A DNA stretch of 64,000 nucleotides, from contig OZ253665.1 of assembly GCA_965263295.1 (NCBI GenBank), positions 2,240,001-2,304,000 of the forward strand, written 5' to 3'. The position numbers were made by a program, and so were the translations under genes. Shown here piece after piece: positions 10,348 to 20,022 of the stretch (the stretch's first letter is position 1; every line of letters begins with the position of its first letter). Source of the DNA: Spirochaetia bacterium (GTDB lineage Bacteria; Spirochaetota; Spirochaetia; SP-2023). The notes below the pieces were generated by a model. It had not been told where the DNA came from. It saw only the letters and a program-made list of their open reading frames with translations, and did no database searches.

Positions 10348-10497
10348 CTATTGACAAGCTTCGCAGTCCTGATCGTTTAACATGCAGTACTTGGCACCCT
10401 GTTTGTGCCCGCGTACGACCCGATCGGCAGCAGCGTCGATAAAATCGTCCGCCTGTTCCAGTTCAATCGCACTTTCATCCCAATTCAGCATACCCAT
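10348..10497 (-). CDS. 49-aa free-standing RNR alpha C-terminal cysteine-tail peptide
   Basis: MGMLNWDESAIELEQADDFIDAAADRVVRGHKQGAKYCMLNDQDCEACQ. GAGGGAG RBS 9 nt before the ATG. Ends in the C-x6-CEACQ tail characteristic of Pseudomonas/Burkholderia-type NrdA, which the adjacent NrdA lacks. Confidence 0.78.
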   Translation of the reverse strand: MGMLNWDESAIELEQADDFIDAAADRVVRGHKQGAKYCMLNDQDCEACQ

Positions 10498-10602
10498 ATT
10501 CCGTTTCTCCCTCGTACCTTTCGGTGTGTCTTTCATTTTTCGACGGTTTCGATAAAATTTGTAACTGTCTGCGCAACAATTTCCAACATTTTATTTATTC
10601 CA

Positions 10603-13032
10603 TTATTTGATAGTATTTTGCACGGCGTTAAGCCCACTGGTACTGACGGTCGATTTCTCCGTCGACGTGGCGGCCAATGCCCTCAAGTAATAGGTTGTTT
10701 TCAAGCCCCGAAGCCAAGCCATGCGATAGGTCAAATCAATTTTTTTACCGCTGGCCGCCCCCATGTAAATATTCAGCGACTGCGACTGATCAATCCATTT
10801 CTGGCGGCGTGCCGCAGCTTCGACGATCCAGCGTGGCTCCAGTTCAAAGGCACTCTGGTAACGCTGCTTCAGCTCATCTGGGATACTGGCTATGTTTTGC
10901 ACGCTGCCGTCAAAGCGCTTTAGTTCCTCAATCACGGCGGGCCGCCAAAGGCCTAACGCTTTCAGTTCATCCACCAGATAGCGATTAATTACGGTAAATT
11001 CGCCCGAAAGATTGGATTTTACATATACATTCTGAAAGGTGGGCTCAATTGACTGACTGACCCCGACAATATTTGAAATCGTGGCCGTCGGCGCAATTGT
11101 CATGACGTAGGAATTGCGCATTCCTCGGCGAACTTTTTGGCGCAAAGAATTCCAGTCCAGGCTCTGGCTGCGGTCCAAATCTAAGTAGCCTGCGCCGCGG
11201 CTTTGAGCCAGCAGCTCAATGCTGTCAATCGGCAAGATTCCCCGGTTCCACAGCGAGCCGGCAAAACTTTCATATGCCCCTCGCTCTTCGGCTAAGTTTT
11301 GCGAAGCTTCAATTGCGTAGTAGGAAATCAGCTCGGCAGAGCAGTCCGCGAACTGCACGGCCTCTTCTGAGCTGAAAGCGATGCCCATTTTGTATAGCGC
11401 GTCCTGAAAACCCATCATGCCCAGGCCGATGGGACGGTGACGCAGGTTGCTGCGGCGGGCCTTTTCGACGGCGTAATAGTTAATGTCGATGACATTATCC
11501 AGCATGCGTATCGCGGTGCGGACTGTCTGGCGCAACTTGTCGCGCTGCAGCTGGCCATTTTCGACGTGGGCCGCCAGGTTGACCGAGCCCAGATTGCAAA
11601 CCGCAATTTCCTCTTCATTGGTGTTCAATGTGATTTCGGTACAGAGGTTTGACGAGTGTACCTGGCCGACGTGTTGCTGTGGCGAGCGCAGGTTGCAAGG
11701 GTCCTTGAAAGTTATCCACGGGTGCCCGGTCTCAAACAGCATGGACAGGATTTTCCGCCAGAGGGTTACGGCTTCCAGTTTTTTGTGGCGCAGCTGGCCG
11801 CTGGCTGCCAGCTGTTCGTATTCGGCGTAGCGCTGTTCAAATTTTTGGCCATACAGGTCGTGCAGGTCTCGGACGTCGGATGGCGAGAATAGGAGCCAGG
11901 GCCCGTTTTCCTGCACGCGCTTGACCAGCAGGTCAGGCACCCAAATGGCGGTATTCATGTCGTGGGTGCGCCGGCGGTCGTCTCCCGTGTTTTTGCGCAA
12001 CTCGACAAACTCTTCGATATCCAAGTGCCAAGCTTCCAGATAAGCGCATACGGCCCCCTTGCGCTTGCCCCCCTGATTGACGGCCACCGCGGTATCATTG
12101 ACCACTTTCAAAAATGGCACCACACCTTGACTTTTGCCATTGGTACCCTTGATATGCGAGCCCATGGCCCGCACGGGAGTCCAGTCGTTGCCCAGACCCC
12201 CGGCCCATTTGGAAAGCATGGCGTTGTCGTGGATGGCATTAAAAATGCCGTCCAGGTCGTCCGGGACCGTCGTCAAATAGCAGGAAGAAAGCTGCGGGCG
12301 CAGGGTGCCGGAGTTAAACAGGGTCGGCGTGGAGCTCATGTAATCAAAGCTGGAGATCAGGCGATAAAACTCGATGGCCCGTTCGGTCGGTTGCGCCTCT
12401 TGCAAGGCCAGACCCATGGCGACGCGCATGAAAAAGATTTGCGGCAGCTCCAGGCGAACGCCCTCCCTGTGGAGAAAGTAACGGTCATACAAGGTCTGCA
12501 GGCCTAAGTATTGGAACTGTAAGTCGCGTTTGGGTTCCAGAGCGGCGGCCAGGGCCTGCAAATTGAAACGTCGGGCCAATTCAGGGCTCAGGAGTTCCAT
12601 TTCAATCCCTCTGGGAACATAGTCGAGAAAAACCTGGCGGTAAACTTCGGCGAGTTTTTCCTTGTCTGAGAGGACAAGGTGCTGAATGCCATAGGCTTTA
12701 GTCATGTCCTCGGCAAACAGCTTGTGTAGCAAAAGGCGCGCCGTGACGTAGCTGTAATTGGGTTCCTGTTCAACCAGGGTGCGGCTGCTGATCAGCAGGG
12801 CGGTGTGCAATTCTGACTCGGGTATCCCCGTGTAAAGACTGCGTAATGTCTCGCGTAGGACCTGTTGCCCATCTACCCCGGCCAGCCCCTGTAGCGCGTA
12901 GTCGACAGTGTGCTGCAGAAAATCAAAATCCAAAGGCTGTTCCTGCGAGCCAGAACCATCCGGCCGGGCTACTTTGACTAAAATTTTACTCGCAGCTTCG
13001 CGCAACTCATCGACAGGCATAATGTTCCCCAT
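10603..13032 (-). CDS. nrdA: Ribonucleotide reductase class Ia alpha subunit, lacking the C-terminal Cys tail
   Basis: STPTLFNSG, SSCYL, SSNLCTEI (thiyl Cys), VCNLGS, APTATIS, LKTTYYLR. Ends LNAVQNTIK with no C-terminal cysteines. Confidence 0.96.
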   Translation of the reverse strand: MGNIMPVDELREAASKILVKVARPDGSGSQEQPLDFDFLQHTVDYALQGLAGVDGQQVLRETLRSLYTGIPESELHTALLISSRTLVEQEPNYSYVTARLLLHKLFAEDMTKAYGIQHLVLSDKEKLAEVYRQVFLDYVPRGIEMELLSPELARRFNLQALAAALEPKRDLQFQYLGLQTLYDRYFLHREGVRLELPQIFFMRVAMGLALQEAQPTERAIEFYRLISSFDYMSSTPTLFNSGTLRPQLSSCYLTTVPDDLDGIFNAIHDNAMLSKWAGGLGNDWTPVRAMGSHIKGTNGKSQGVVPFLKVVNDTAVAVNQGGKRKGAVCAYLEAWHLDIEEFVELRKNTGDDRRRTHDMNTAIWVPDLLVKRVQENGPWLLFSPSDVRDLHDLYGQKFEQRYAEYEQLAASGQLRHKKLEAVTLWRKILSMLFETGHPWITFKDPCNLRSPQQHVGQVHSSNLCTEITLNTNEEEIAVCNLGSVNLAAHVENGQLQRDKLRQTVRTAIRMLDNVIDINYYAVEKARRSNLRHRPIGLGMMGFQDALYKMGIAFSSEEAVQFADCSAELISYYAIEASQNLAEERGAYESFAGSLWNRGILPIDSIELLAQSRGAGYLDLDRSQSLDWNSLRQKVRRGMRNSYVMTIAPTATISNIVGVSQSIEPTFQNVYVKSNLSGEFTVINRYLVDELKALGLWRPAVIEELKRFDGSVQNIASIPDELKQRYQSAFELEPRWIVEAAARRQKWIDQSQSLNIYMGAASGKKIDLTYRMAWLRGLKTTYYLRALAATSTEKSTVSTSGLNAVQNTIK

Positions 13033-13185
13033 TTATAGACCATGTATAGACCCTGTTCCCGTCCGGGACTCTATGTAAAGTAGAGGTATGGTTTTTGACT
13101 CGTAGGCCGTGCATTGGGCCGCATTGGCTATTTAACGGCTATTTAACTTTTGATGTGAAACTTAAGTATCCTTCAAAAACGTATA

Positions 13186-13243
13186 CCACAATATATTGTT
13201 ATGTTAAGTAAAAATGTGGGCCAAACAACACAATATATTGATT
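13186..13243. promoter_or_regulatory. Tandem NrdR boxes
   Basis: Palindromic CAATATATTG cores at 13189-13198 and 13231-13240, 42 bp apart, matching the NrdR-box pattern acaCwAtATaTwGtg, upstream of nrdA. Confidence 0.82.
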
Positions 13244-13673
13244 AAGCTATCATAAGTGCCTGGGCTAAACTGTCAAGTCGAAGGACGGGTGAAAGGGTCG
13301 GGAAGTGGCAGGGAAAAGATTAGAAAAAATGGTATGACAAGTAATCAAAGTATATGTGTCGTATATTTTTACAGTTAAGGGTGTGCGCCCGTTTAGATTC
13401 CAGGATGCAGGCTGAATATACCGGCCAAAGTAAAAATAATTTCCTTCAAATATATTGATAATATTCTAAATTTAAAATTTTAATTGAAAATTTAAGCAGA
13501 TTCTAAGTATTTAGCCTGGCAAAACCGTGCTCAAAAAATTGCGTATTTTGTCCCATTAGGACTGTCAAAAAGCAAAAACCGTGCTACAATGTGTCTTGCG
13601 GCCTTCTTCGGATGATTCCGAGACTTCGGAGGCAGTTTATTAAATAAGAATTTAAAAATTAAGGAAACATATA

Positions 13674-16370
13674 ATGAAAAACTACGTTTTTTGTTTTGGC
13701 GGAAAAAATACCGCTGGCAGGGCCTCTCAAAGACTCTTGCTGGGAGGCAAGGGCGCCAATCTGGCGGAAATGGCCAGAGAGGGTATTCCCGTTCCCCCCG
13801 GCTTCACCATCAGCACCGAAGCTTGTCGCTATTACTACGAAAACGAACGACAATTCCCCGCTTCCTTTCAGGAAGCTGTTTTGCAGGCTCTGGAAGAATT
13901 GGAGGATTTCACCGCCAAGGGCTTCGGAGATCGACACAATCCTTTGCTGGTCTCCGTGCGTTCAGGGAGTAGCGTGTCGATGCCGGGCATGATGGACACC
14001 ATCCTGAATCTGGGGATCAACGATGCCGTGGTCGAGGGCTTGGCGCAAAAGACCCAAAACGACTGGTTTGCCTACGATTGTTACCGGCGCTTTATTCAGA
14101 TGTATGCCGACGTGGTGCTGAACGTGAAAAAGAAGAAATTTGAGCGCATCATTGACGAGATCAAAGAGTCTCGCGGCATTACGCAGGACAATCAAATGGC
14201 CGTTGAAGATTTGCACGGTCTGATACGCCGCTTTAAAGAATGTGTTTTGGAGGCCACCGGAGCTTCTTTCCCGCAGGACCCGCGGGAGCAGCTCTGGATG
14301 GCCGTGCGGGCCGTGTTTGAGTCTTGGATGAACGAGCGGTCTGTGTTTTACCGCCAGGTCAACCATATTGACCACAAGCTGGGAACGGCGGTCAACGTGC
14401 AATCCATGGTATTTGGCAACATGGGCGACCGCTCGGCGACGGGAGTGGCCTTTACGCGCAATCCTTCGACGGGGGAAAAAAAGTATTACGGCGAGTACCT
14501 GATCAATGCCCAGGGAGAGGATGTGGTGGCGGGTATCCGAACGCCCCAGCCCATTGTGGGCGGGCCCGAGTCCTTGCAATGCAAAATGCCCAAGACGTAC
14601 GACCAGCTGCGACAGGTGTTTGAGCAGCTGGAGTACCATTACAAGGACGTTCAGGACATCGAATTTACGGTCGAAGAAGAGAAATTGTGGATACTCCAGA
14701 CGCGCAACGCCAAACGCACGGCCGCGGCGGCAGTCAAGGTGGCCTACGACATGGTGGAAGAGAAAAAAATGACGGCCGCAGAGGCCATCATGAAGATTGA
14801 TGCATCGTCGGTGAACCAGCTGCTGCATCCCCAGCTGGACCCCGCTGAGGAGAGAAAAATATTGGGGAAAGGGTTGCCCGCTTCTCCGGGAGCGGCTTCG
14901 GGGAAGGTGGCGTTTTCTTATGCCAAGGTAATGGAGTTCTCCCAGGAGCATGAGAAATCTATCTTGGTGCGTGTGGAGACCAGTCCTGAAGACGTGCAAG
15001 GCATTTACAATTCCGCGGGGATCTTAACAGCGCGCGGGGGCATGACGTCCCACGCTGCGGTGGTGGCCAGAGGCGCCGGCAAGCCCTGCGTCAGCGGCGT
15101 GCTGGCGCTGGACATACACGAAGAGAAGGGACATTGCCGGCTGGGGGAAAAAGTCTTGCGTGAAGGGGACTTCCTGACCATTGACGGCACTTTGGGAGAT
15201 GTCATTGACGGGGTACATCCCACGATTGAGGCGGTTCTTTCTAAGGAATTTGAGGCGGTTTTAAGATGGGCGGACGCCATTCGCTCGCTTGAAGTGCGCG
15301 CCAATGCCGAGACATACGTGGACGCCAAAAAAGCTTTGGATTTTGGTGCGGAGGGCATTGGCCTGTGCCGCACCGAGCACATGTTTTTTGCCGAAGATCG
15401 CATCAATTGGGTGCGGGAGATGATTTTGGCCGAGGACGCCGAACAGCGACAAAAAGCCCTGGACAAACTGCTCCCTGTACAACAGGGGGACTTTGAGAAG
15501 CTGTTTGAACTCATGGGCGATAAGCCAGTGACCATTCGTCTTCTGGATCCGCCCCTGCATGAGTTTCTTCCCCACACGAAAGAAGAAATGGAAGCCTTGG
15601 CCAAAAGTTCCGCCTACTCTGTGGAATACATTTGCCAAAGGGCGGCCGTTCTGGAGGAAAGAAACCCCATGTTGGGGCATCGGGGCTGCCGCTTGGCCAT
15701 CTCTTATCCTGAGATATATACCATGCAGATGGAAGCCATTTTCAACGCCGCCTACGAAAACTACAAGAAGACGGGCAAGGATATCCGCCTTGAGGTCATG
15801 ATTCCCCTCGTGGGCACGGTCAGCGAAGTGGATTACATCCGCCAGAGTCTGGAAACTTTGCGCAGCGGAAAGGAAGAAGAGTTTCGTTACGAGTTCAGAC
15901 ACTCGTGGGGTTCGATGATAGAGGTGCCCAGGGCCGTGATCCGCGCGCGCGAGATCGCCCAGAGCCTGGACTTTTTCAGCTTTGGCACCAACGATCTGAC
16001 CCAAATGGTTTACGGACTCTCCAGAGACGACGCCGGTTTTTTCCTAGAAGAATACATACAGAAGGATATCTACGACTTTGACCCGTTTTTCCGGTTGGAC
16101 CAAAAAGGCGTGGGCGAGTTGATCAATTTGGGCGTGCGCCGGGGACGCGAGGGCAATCCCAACTTGAAACTGGGCATTTGCGGCGAACACGGCGGGCAAC
16201 CGGATTCTATCGATTTCTTTCATCGGGCGGGTCTGGACTATGTCTCCTGCTCGCCCTATCGAATACCTGTGGCCAGAATAGCCGCCGCTCAGGCGAAGTT
16301 GAGAAGTGATGCCGCTTGTGACGGGCCAAGAGATGGCCAAGGGGCGGTCAAGGGATCTAAAGCGGGGTAA
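13674..16370 (+). CDS. ppdK: Pyruvate phosphate dikinase
   Basis: LLGGKGANLAEM, SVRSG..SMPGMMDT, GGMTSHAAVVARG (phospho-His), GIGLCRTEHMF, FSFGTNDLTQ, GICGEHGG. Confidence 0.97.
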   Translation: MKNYVFCFGGKNTAGRASQRLLLGGKGANLAEMAREGIPVPPGFTISTEACRYYYENERQFPASFQEAVLQALEELEDFTAKGFGDRHNPLLVSVRSGSSVSMPGMMDTILNLGINDAVVEGLAQKTQNDWFAYDCYRRFIQMYADVVLNVKKKKFERIIDEIKESRGITQDNQMAVEDLHGLIRRFKECVLEATGASFPQDPREQLWMAVRAVFESWMNERSVFYRQVNHIDHKLGTAVNVQSMVFGNMGDRSATGVAFTRNPSTGEKKYYGEYLINAQGEDVVAGIRTPQPIVGGPESLQCKMPKTYDQLRQVFEQLEYHYKDVQDIEFTVEEEKLWILQTRNAKRTAAAAVKVAYDMVEEKKMTAAEAIMKIDASSVNQLLHPQLDPAEERKILGKGLPASPGAASGKVAFSYAKVMEFSQEHEKSILVRVETSPEDVQGIYNSAGILTARGGMTSHAAVVARGAGKPCVSGVLALDIHEEKGHCRLGEKVLREGDFLTIDGTLGDVIDGVHPTIEAVLSKEFEAVLRWADAIRSLEVRANAETYVDAKKALDFGAEGIGLCRTEHMFFAEDRINWVREMILAEDAEQRQKALDKLLPVQQGDFEKLFELMGDKPVTIRLLDPPLHEFLPHTKEEMEALAKSSAYSVEYICQRAAVLEERNPMLGHRGCRLAISYPEIYTMQMEAIFNAAYENYKKTGKDIRLEVMIPLVGTVSEVDYIRQSLETLRSGKEEEFRYEFRHSWGSMIEVPRAVIRAREIAQSLDFFSFGTNDLTQMVYGLSRDDAGFFLEEYIQKDIYDFDPFFRLDQKGVGELINLGVRRGREGNPNLKLGICGEHGGQPDSIDFFHRAGLDYVSCSPYRIPVARIAAAQAKLRSDAACDGPRDGQGAVKGSKAG

Positions 16371-16707
16371 GGCAAGGGTTTTAAAGCTTGGCGCGAACCC
16401 TCGGTGCCATCCGTTGCACGCTTGATCTCAATCTTTACATCTTGCATGGATTCGCCCTCAAAATGGCGACATGCCTCTACTTGGGATGCGCGTCAAACCA
16501 TTGGCCGGATCTGGCGGGAAGAGCAAAATTGAGGGTTCTGTATTAACAGAAAATTGTTGTGAACGCTTGTTGATTCGCCGGCTTGACGCATGTGCTCAGA
16601 GCTAGCGGTCTATCATGTCATAGAGTTTGCCGAGGATTTTGAAGGATTTTGTAGAAAGTTCCGAGGCCATTGGTTTGCAGGTGTCTTAGGAGGGTGTCAA
16701 AGATTAA

Positions 16708-17136
16708 ATGAATAAATTGTTTGAATACCCGGAGCAATTATTGTGGGATCGGCAATTGCAAATTTTACACGAAGACGCGACCAAACAATGCATCTTAGAA
16801 GAAAACAGCGTTGATCTGATTGTCGCATCGCCTCTGTATAATCTGGGCAAGGCATACAGTGCCGAGGTAAAAACGGATTCTCTCAATTATGAAGATTATC
16901 TCGCGCTTACAAAGAAATGGCTGAGATGGCTAAGAATGAGTGGCTTGTGGGCCGAGTTGTTTAGGTCTTTGCGGCGGAGGATTTATTGCGCCTTTGAGCC
17001 TACGCAAGTGGCCATGCCTGCCATGCGAGTGGGCATGAACTACCATCCCGCACGTCAAGCGTCCGTGGAAACGATTATTGTTCTACAAAAAGAGGAATGG
17101 AAGAGGCATTACTCTCCTGTTTTTCTAGCTTCTTAA
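16708..17136 (+). pseudogene. Degenerate N6/N4 DNA methyltransferase fragment
   Basis: NSVDLIVASPLYNLGKAY (SPPY motif decayed to SPLY), YEDYL...KKWL, VETIIVLQKEEWK. Only 142 aa, no FxGxG motif, runs into the sdhB 3' end. Confidence 0.7.
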
Positions 17137-17848
17137 TACTGCGTTTCATCTGATTGATCAATTTTGTGATCGGGATACCTTGAGGGCAAACCTTTGTACA
17201 TTCAAACATATTGTCGCAGGACCAGACGCCATTAGGATGGTTGAGAGCCTCCAGTCGGGGGCTTAGCCCCTGGTCGCGGCTGTCATACACAAAGCGCGCG
17301 GCCTGGACCAGCGCCATTGGCCCCAGGAATTCGGGATTTTCTTCTACAACTGGGCAAGCGGAAATGCAGGCGCCGCAAGCGATGCAAGTTGAAGCCTTGT
17401 CTATGAGTTCAAGCTGTTCTGGTGTCTGGGAATATTCTTTCTCAACTCCATTTGAGCAGGCGTCTTCTACCTTCTCTGCAGGAATAAAGTACGGCTGCAC
17501 TTTTTTGTATTTGTCAAACATTAATTGCTGATTCACCAAAAGGTCTTTGCTGAGGGGCAGGTGCTTCAAAGGTTCAATGTCGACGGTATATTGATTGTCT
17601 TCCGTGGCGACATCTTTAAATAAGGCTTTACAGGCAAGCATTTCCACGCCATTGATGCGCATGGCGTCAGAGCCACAGACTCCGTGGATGCAACTGCGGC
17701 GAAACGCTAACGTCGGGTCGGCATTGCGCGCAATCTGTTCAAGGGAATCAATAACGCGGGAGCTGCCCTCGGTTTCCACGTGATACTCCGATATGTAATT
17801 TCCCCTTTCAGGGGAAAATCGCTTGATTTTAAGCGTAATATCCATCAT
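17075..17848 (-). CDS. sdhB: Succinate dehydrogenase/fumarate reductase Fe-S subunit
   Basis: FRRSCIHGVCGSDAMRING, CIACGACISACP, CDNMFECTKVCP; GGAG RBS before ATG 17848. Confidence 0.93.
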   Translation of the reverse strand: MMDITLKIKRFSPERGNYISEYHVETEGSSRVIDSLEQIARNADPTLAFRRSCIHGVCGSDAMRINGVEMLACKALFKDVATEDNQYTVDIEPLKHLPLSKDLLVNQQLMFDKYKKVQPYFIPAEKVEDACSNGVEKEYSQTPEQLELIDKASTCIACGACISACPVVEENPEFLGPMALVQAARFVYDSRDQGLSPRLEALNHPNGVWSCDNMFECTKVCPQGIPITKLINQMKRSIKKLEKQESNASSIPLFVEQ

Positions 17849-17875
17849 TTTTTCCTCCAATCCTTTCAGCTTAAA

Positions 17876-19657
17876 TTAATATATTCTGGGTTTAGGAGCC
17901 CATTTTTGTGTGTCAACAGGATCGTATGAAACTTGTATACGATCATTTTCATCAATATGTATCATGCTGTGCCACAGAAAGTTGGCATCGTCCCGTTCGG
18001 GATAATCCTCGCGCGAATGCGCTCCGCGGCTCTCTTTGCGGGCGCGGGCCCCGGCTGTCAGCGTCCTGGCCAGGCGGAGCATATTCCCCAGTTCAAATTT
18101 CTTAAGTGCCGCAAAGTTGTAATTGGCAGTATCATTTTGAATGTCGATATCCTGATACATTTCGTAAATTTCGATCAGATCTTTTTGACAGGAAGCAAGC
18201 CCTTCTTCAGTCCGGAACACTCCGGCCTTTTCCGACATTGTGGCTTGCAATTTAGTTTGCACCTGGCCGATAGTCCAGTTCCCGGCATGTTTTCTGTAGA
18301 CCTGATCATAGGTCTCTCTAGCCTGGGCTAAGTTTCTGTGATTCAATGAGTCCATATCGACCATATCGACATGGGCAGCACCTTCGGCGATGTACTGGCT
18401 CATATGAACAGCCGCGCGCCGGCCAAAGACCAGTAAATCAATCAGACTGTTTGATCCCAATCGGTTGGCCCCATGAACGGAGACACAGGCACATTCTCCA
18501 GCGGCGTAGAGTCCCGCGAAATTCTGCTGGGAATAGCCGACGCGGCCATCGATATCGGTGGGAATCCCCCCCATGATATAATGGGCAGTCGGATGCACGG
18601 GTATCGGTTGTACCGCCGGATCAATCTTTAAATAAGTTTGACAAAATTTCGCCACATCGGGCAGCTTAGTCTGGACTATTTTTTTGCCCAGGTGAGTTGC
18701 GTCCAAGTACACATAATCGTTTACCTTGCCGCTACCTTGAATGCCACGACCCGCCTGAAGCTCCAGGGTGATTGCCCGCGATACCATGTCGCGTGGTGCC
18801 AAGTCCAGTAGTTTGGGAGAATAGTTGCGCATGAAGGCCTCGCCGGTACCATTGCGCAAAATGCCGCCTTCACCACGGACTCCTTCGGTAATTAAGATGC
18901 CAATACCCCGTATGCCGGTGGGGTGAAACTGAATGAATTCAAAGTCTTCGACGGGAACTCCGGCGTTCAGAGCCAGAGCCACGCCATCGCCGGTGTTTTC
19001 CAGGGCGTTGGAAGTGATCTGAAAAATGCGGCCGGCGCCGCCGGTGGCCAGCAATACAGCCTTGGCATGAAATATGTGCAGGATTCCGGTGGCCAGTTCA
19101 ACCGCGGCGACTCCCGTGCAGACGTGCCGTTCCATCAGGAGCTGAATCACCTGGAATTCGTCAAAAAAGCTCATGTTATGCTTGAGGCATTGTTGGTATA
19201 ATGTGTGTAAAATCAGATGACCGATGCGGTCTGCGGCAAAACAGGTCCGCATCACTGCGCCTTCGCCGAAGTGATGCGTGTGGCCGCCAAATTTGCGCTG
19301 GGCGATTTGTCCCTCGGGAGTGCGCGAGAACGGCAGCCCGCTGTGCTCCAAGTTATAAATTATTCTGGGGGCATCTTCGGCCAGGATCAGGGCGGCCTGC
19401 TGGTCGACCAAATAGTCCCCACCCTTGACGGTATCAAAGGCATGCCATTCGTGGCAATCCTCACCCATATTTCCAAGTGACGCCGCTATACCGCCCTGGG
19501 CGGCACCCGTATGGCTGCGCAGCGGAACAAGCTTGCTCACTATGGCGATTCTGGCCTCGGGGCTACGAGCCTGGGCCTCCAAAGCGGCGTAGAGGCCAGC
19601 GCCGCCGCCGCCGACAATAATTATATCAAAGTCATGTTGTTTTATATCTTCTTTCAT
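17876..19657 (-). CDS. sdhA: Succinate dehydrogenase/fumarate reductase flavoprotein
   Basis: [16 protein letters not shown] (FAD-His), [42 protein letters not shown]. Confidence 0.95.
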   Translation of the reverse strand: MKEDIKQHDFDIIIVGGGGAGLYAALEAQARSPEARIAIVSKLVPLRSHTGAAQGGIAASLGNMGEDCHEWHAFDTVKGGDYLVDQQAALILAEDAPRIIYNLEHSGLPFSRTPEGQIAQRKFGGHTHHFGEGAVMRTCFAADRIGHLILHTLYQQCLKHNMSFFDEFQVIQLLMERHVCTGVAAVELATGILHIFHAKAVLLATGGAGRIFQITSNALENTGDGVALALNAGVPVEDFEFIQFHPTGIRGIGILITEGVRGEGGILRNGTGEAFMRNYSPKLLDLAPRDMVSRAITLELQAGRGIQGSGKVNDYVYLDATHLGKKIVQTKLPDVAKFCQTYLKIDPAVQPIPVHPTAHYIMGGIPTDIDGRVGYSQQNFAGLYAAGECACVSVHGANRLGSNSLIDLLVFGRRAAVHMSQYIAEGAAHVDMVDMDSLNHRNLAQARETYDQVYRKHAGNWTIGQVQTKLQATMSEKAGVFRTEEGLASCQKDLIEIYEMYQDIDIQNDTANYNFAALKKFELGNMLRLARTLTAGARARKESRGAHSREDYPERDDANFLWHSMIHIDENDRIQVSYDPVDTQKWAPKPRIY

Positions 19658-20022
19658 ATTAAATAACTCAAATTAAATTTAGGATCTACAAATATCTTAA
19701 TAGCAATTATCCCCAAAATGCAAATTTTTTTTGATTTTTAAATATTTTTTTGTGTCAAGATTGAAAAGATCTGTTTTTTTTATTCTAATTTATAGCTGGT
19801 ACTATGACTTTTAATTATAGATTTATCTTACTTATTTATTTTAAATAGCAATAAAGAATATATAATTTTAAGTTGGCAAGATTATGGACTTTTTTGTCTA
19901 TCGTTAAAATTTTGGAAAATTTTTTGCAAAATTATAAATCTGTTTGTTATGATCATAAGGTAAGGAGTTGAAAGATTTAGAATTAAAAATTCAAGGATTT
20001 AAAAGTTAAGGAGTTTAAAATT

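Noticed and set aside
10537..10605. Stop-codon readthrough or selenocysteine recoding joining NrdA to the tail ORF, which is in the same frame
   Set aside because: Two TAA codons (not TGA/TAG) intervene, the gap is AT-rich like intergenic DNA, and the small ORF has its own RBS.
13962..14999. Long antisense ORFs (also 15261-16004, 29506-30318, 51241-52014, 52938-53942, 60246-61031)
   Set aside because: They shadow well-conserved genes on the opposite strand and have no recognisable motifs.
16395..16538. Possible MITE bounded by GAACCCTC/GAGGGTTC
   Set aside because: Only an 8-bp inverted repeat, with no target duplication or second copy seen.
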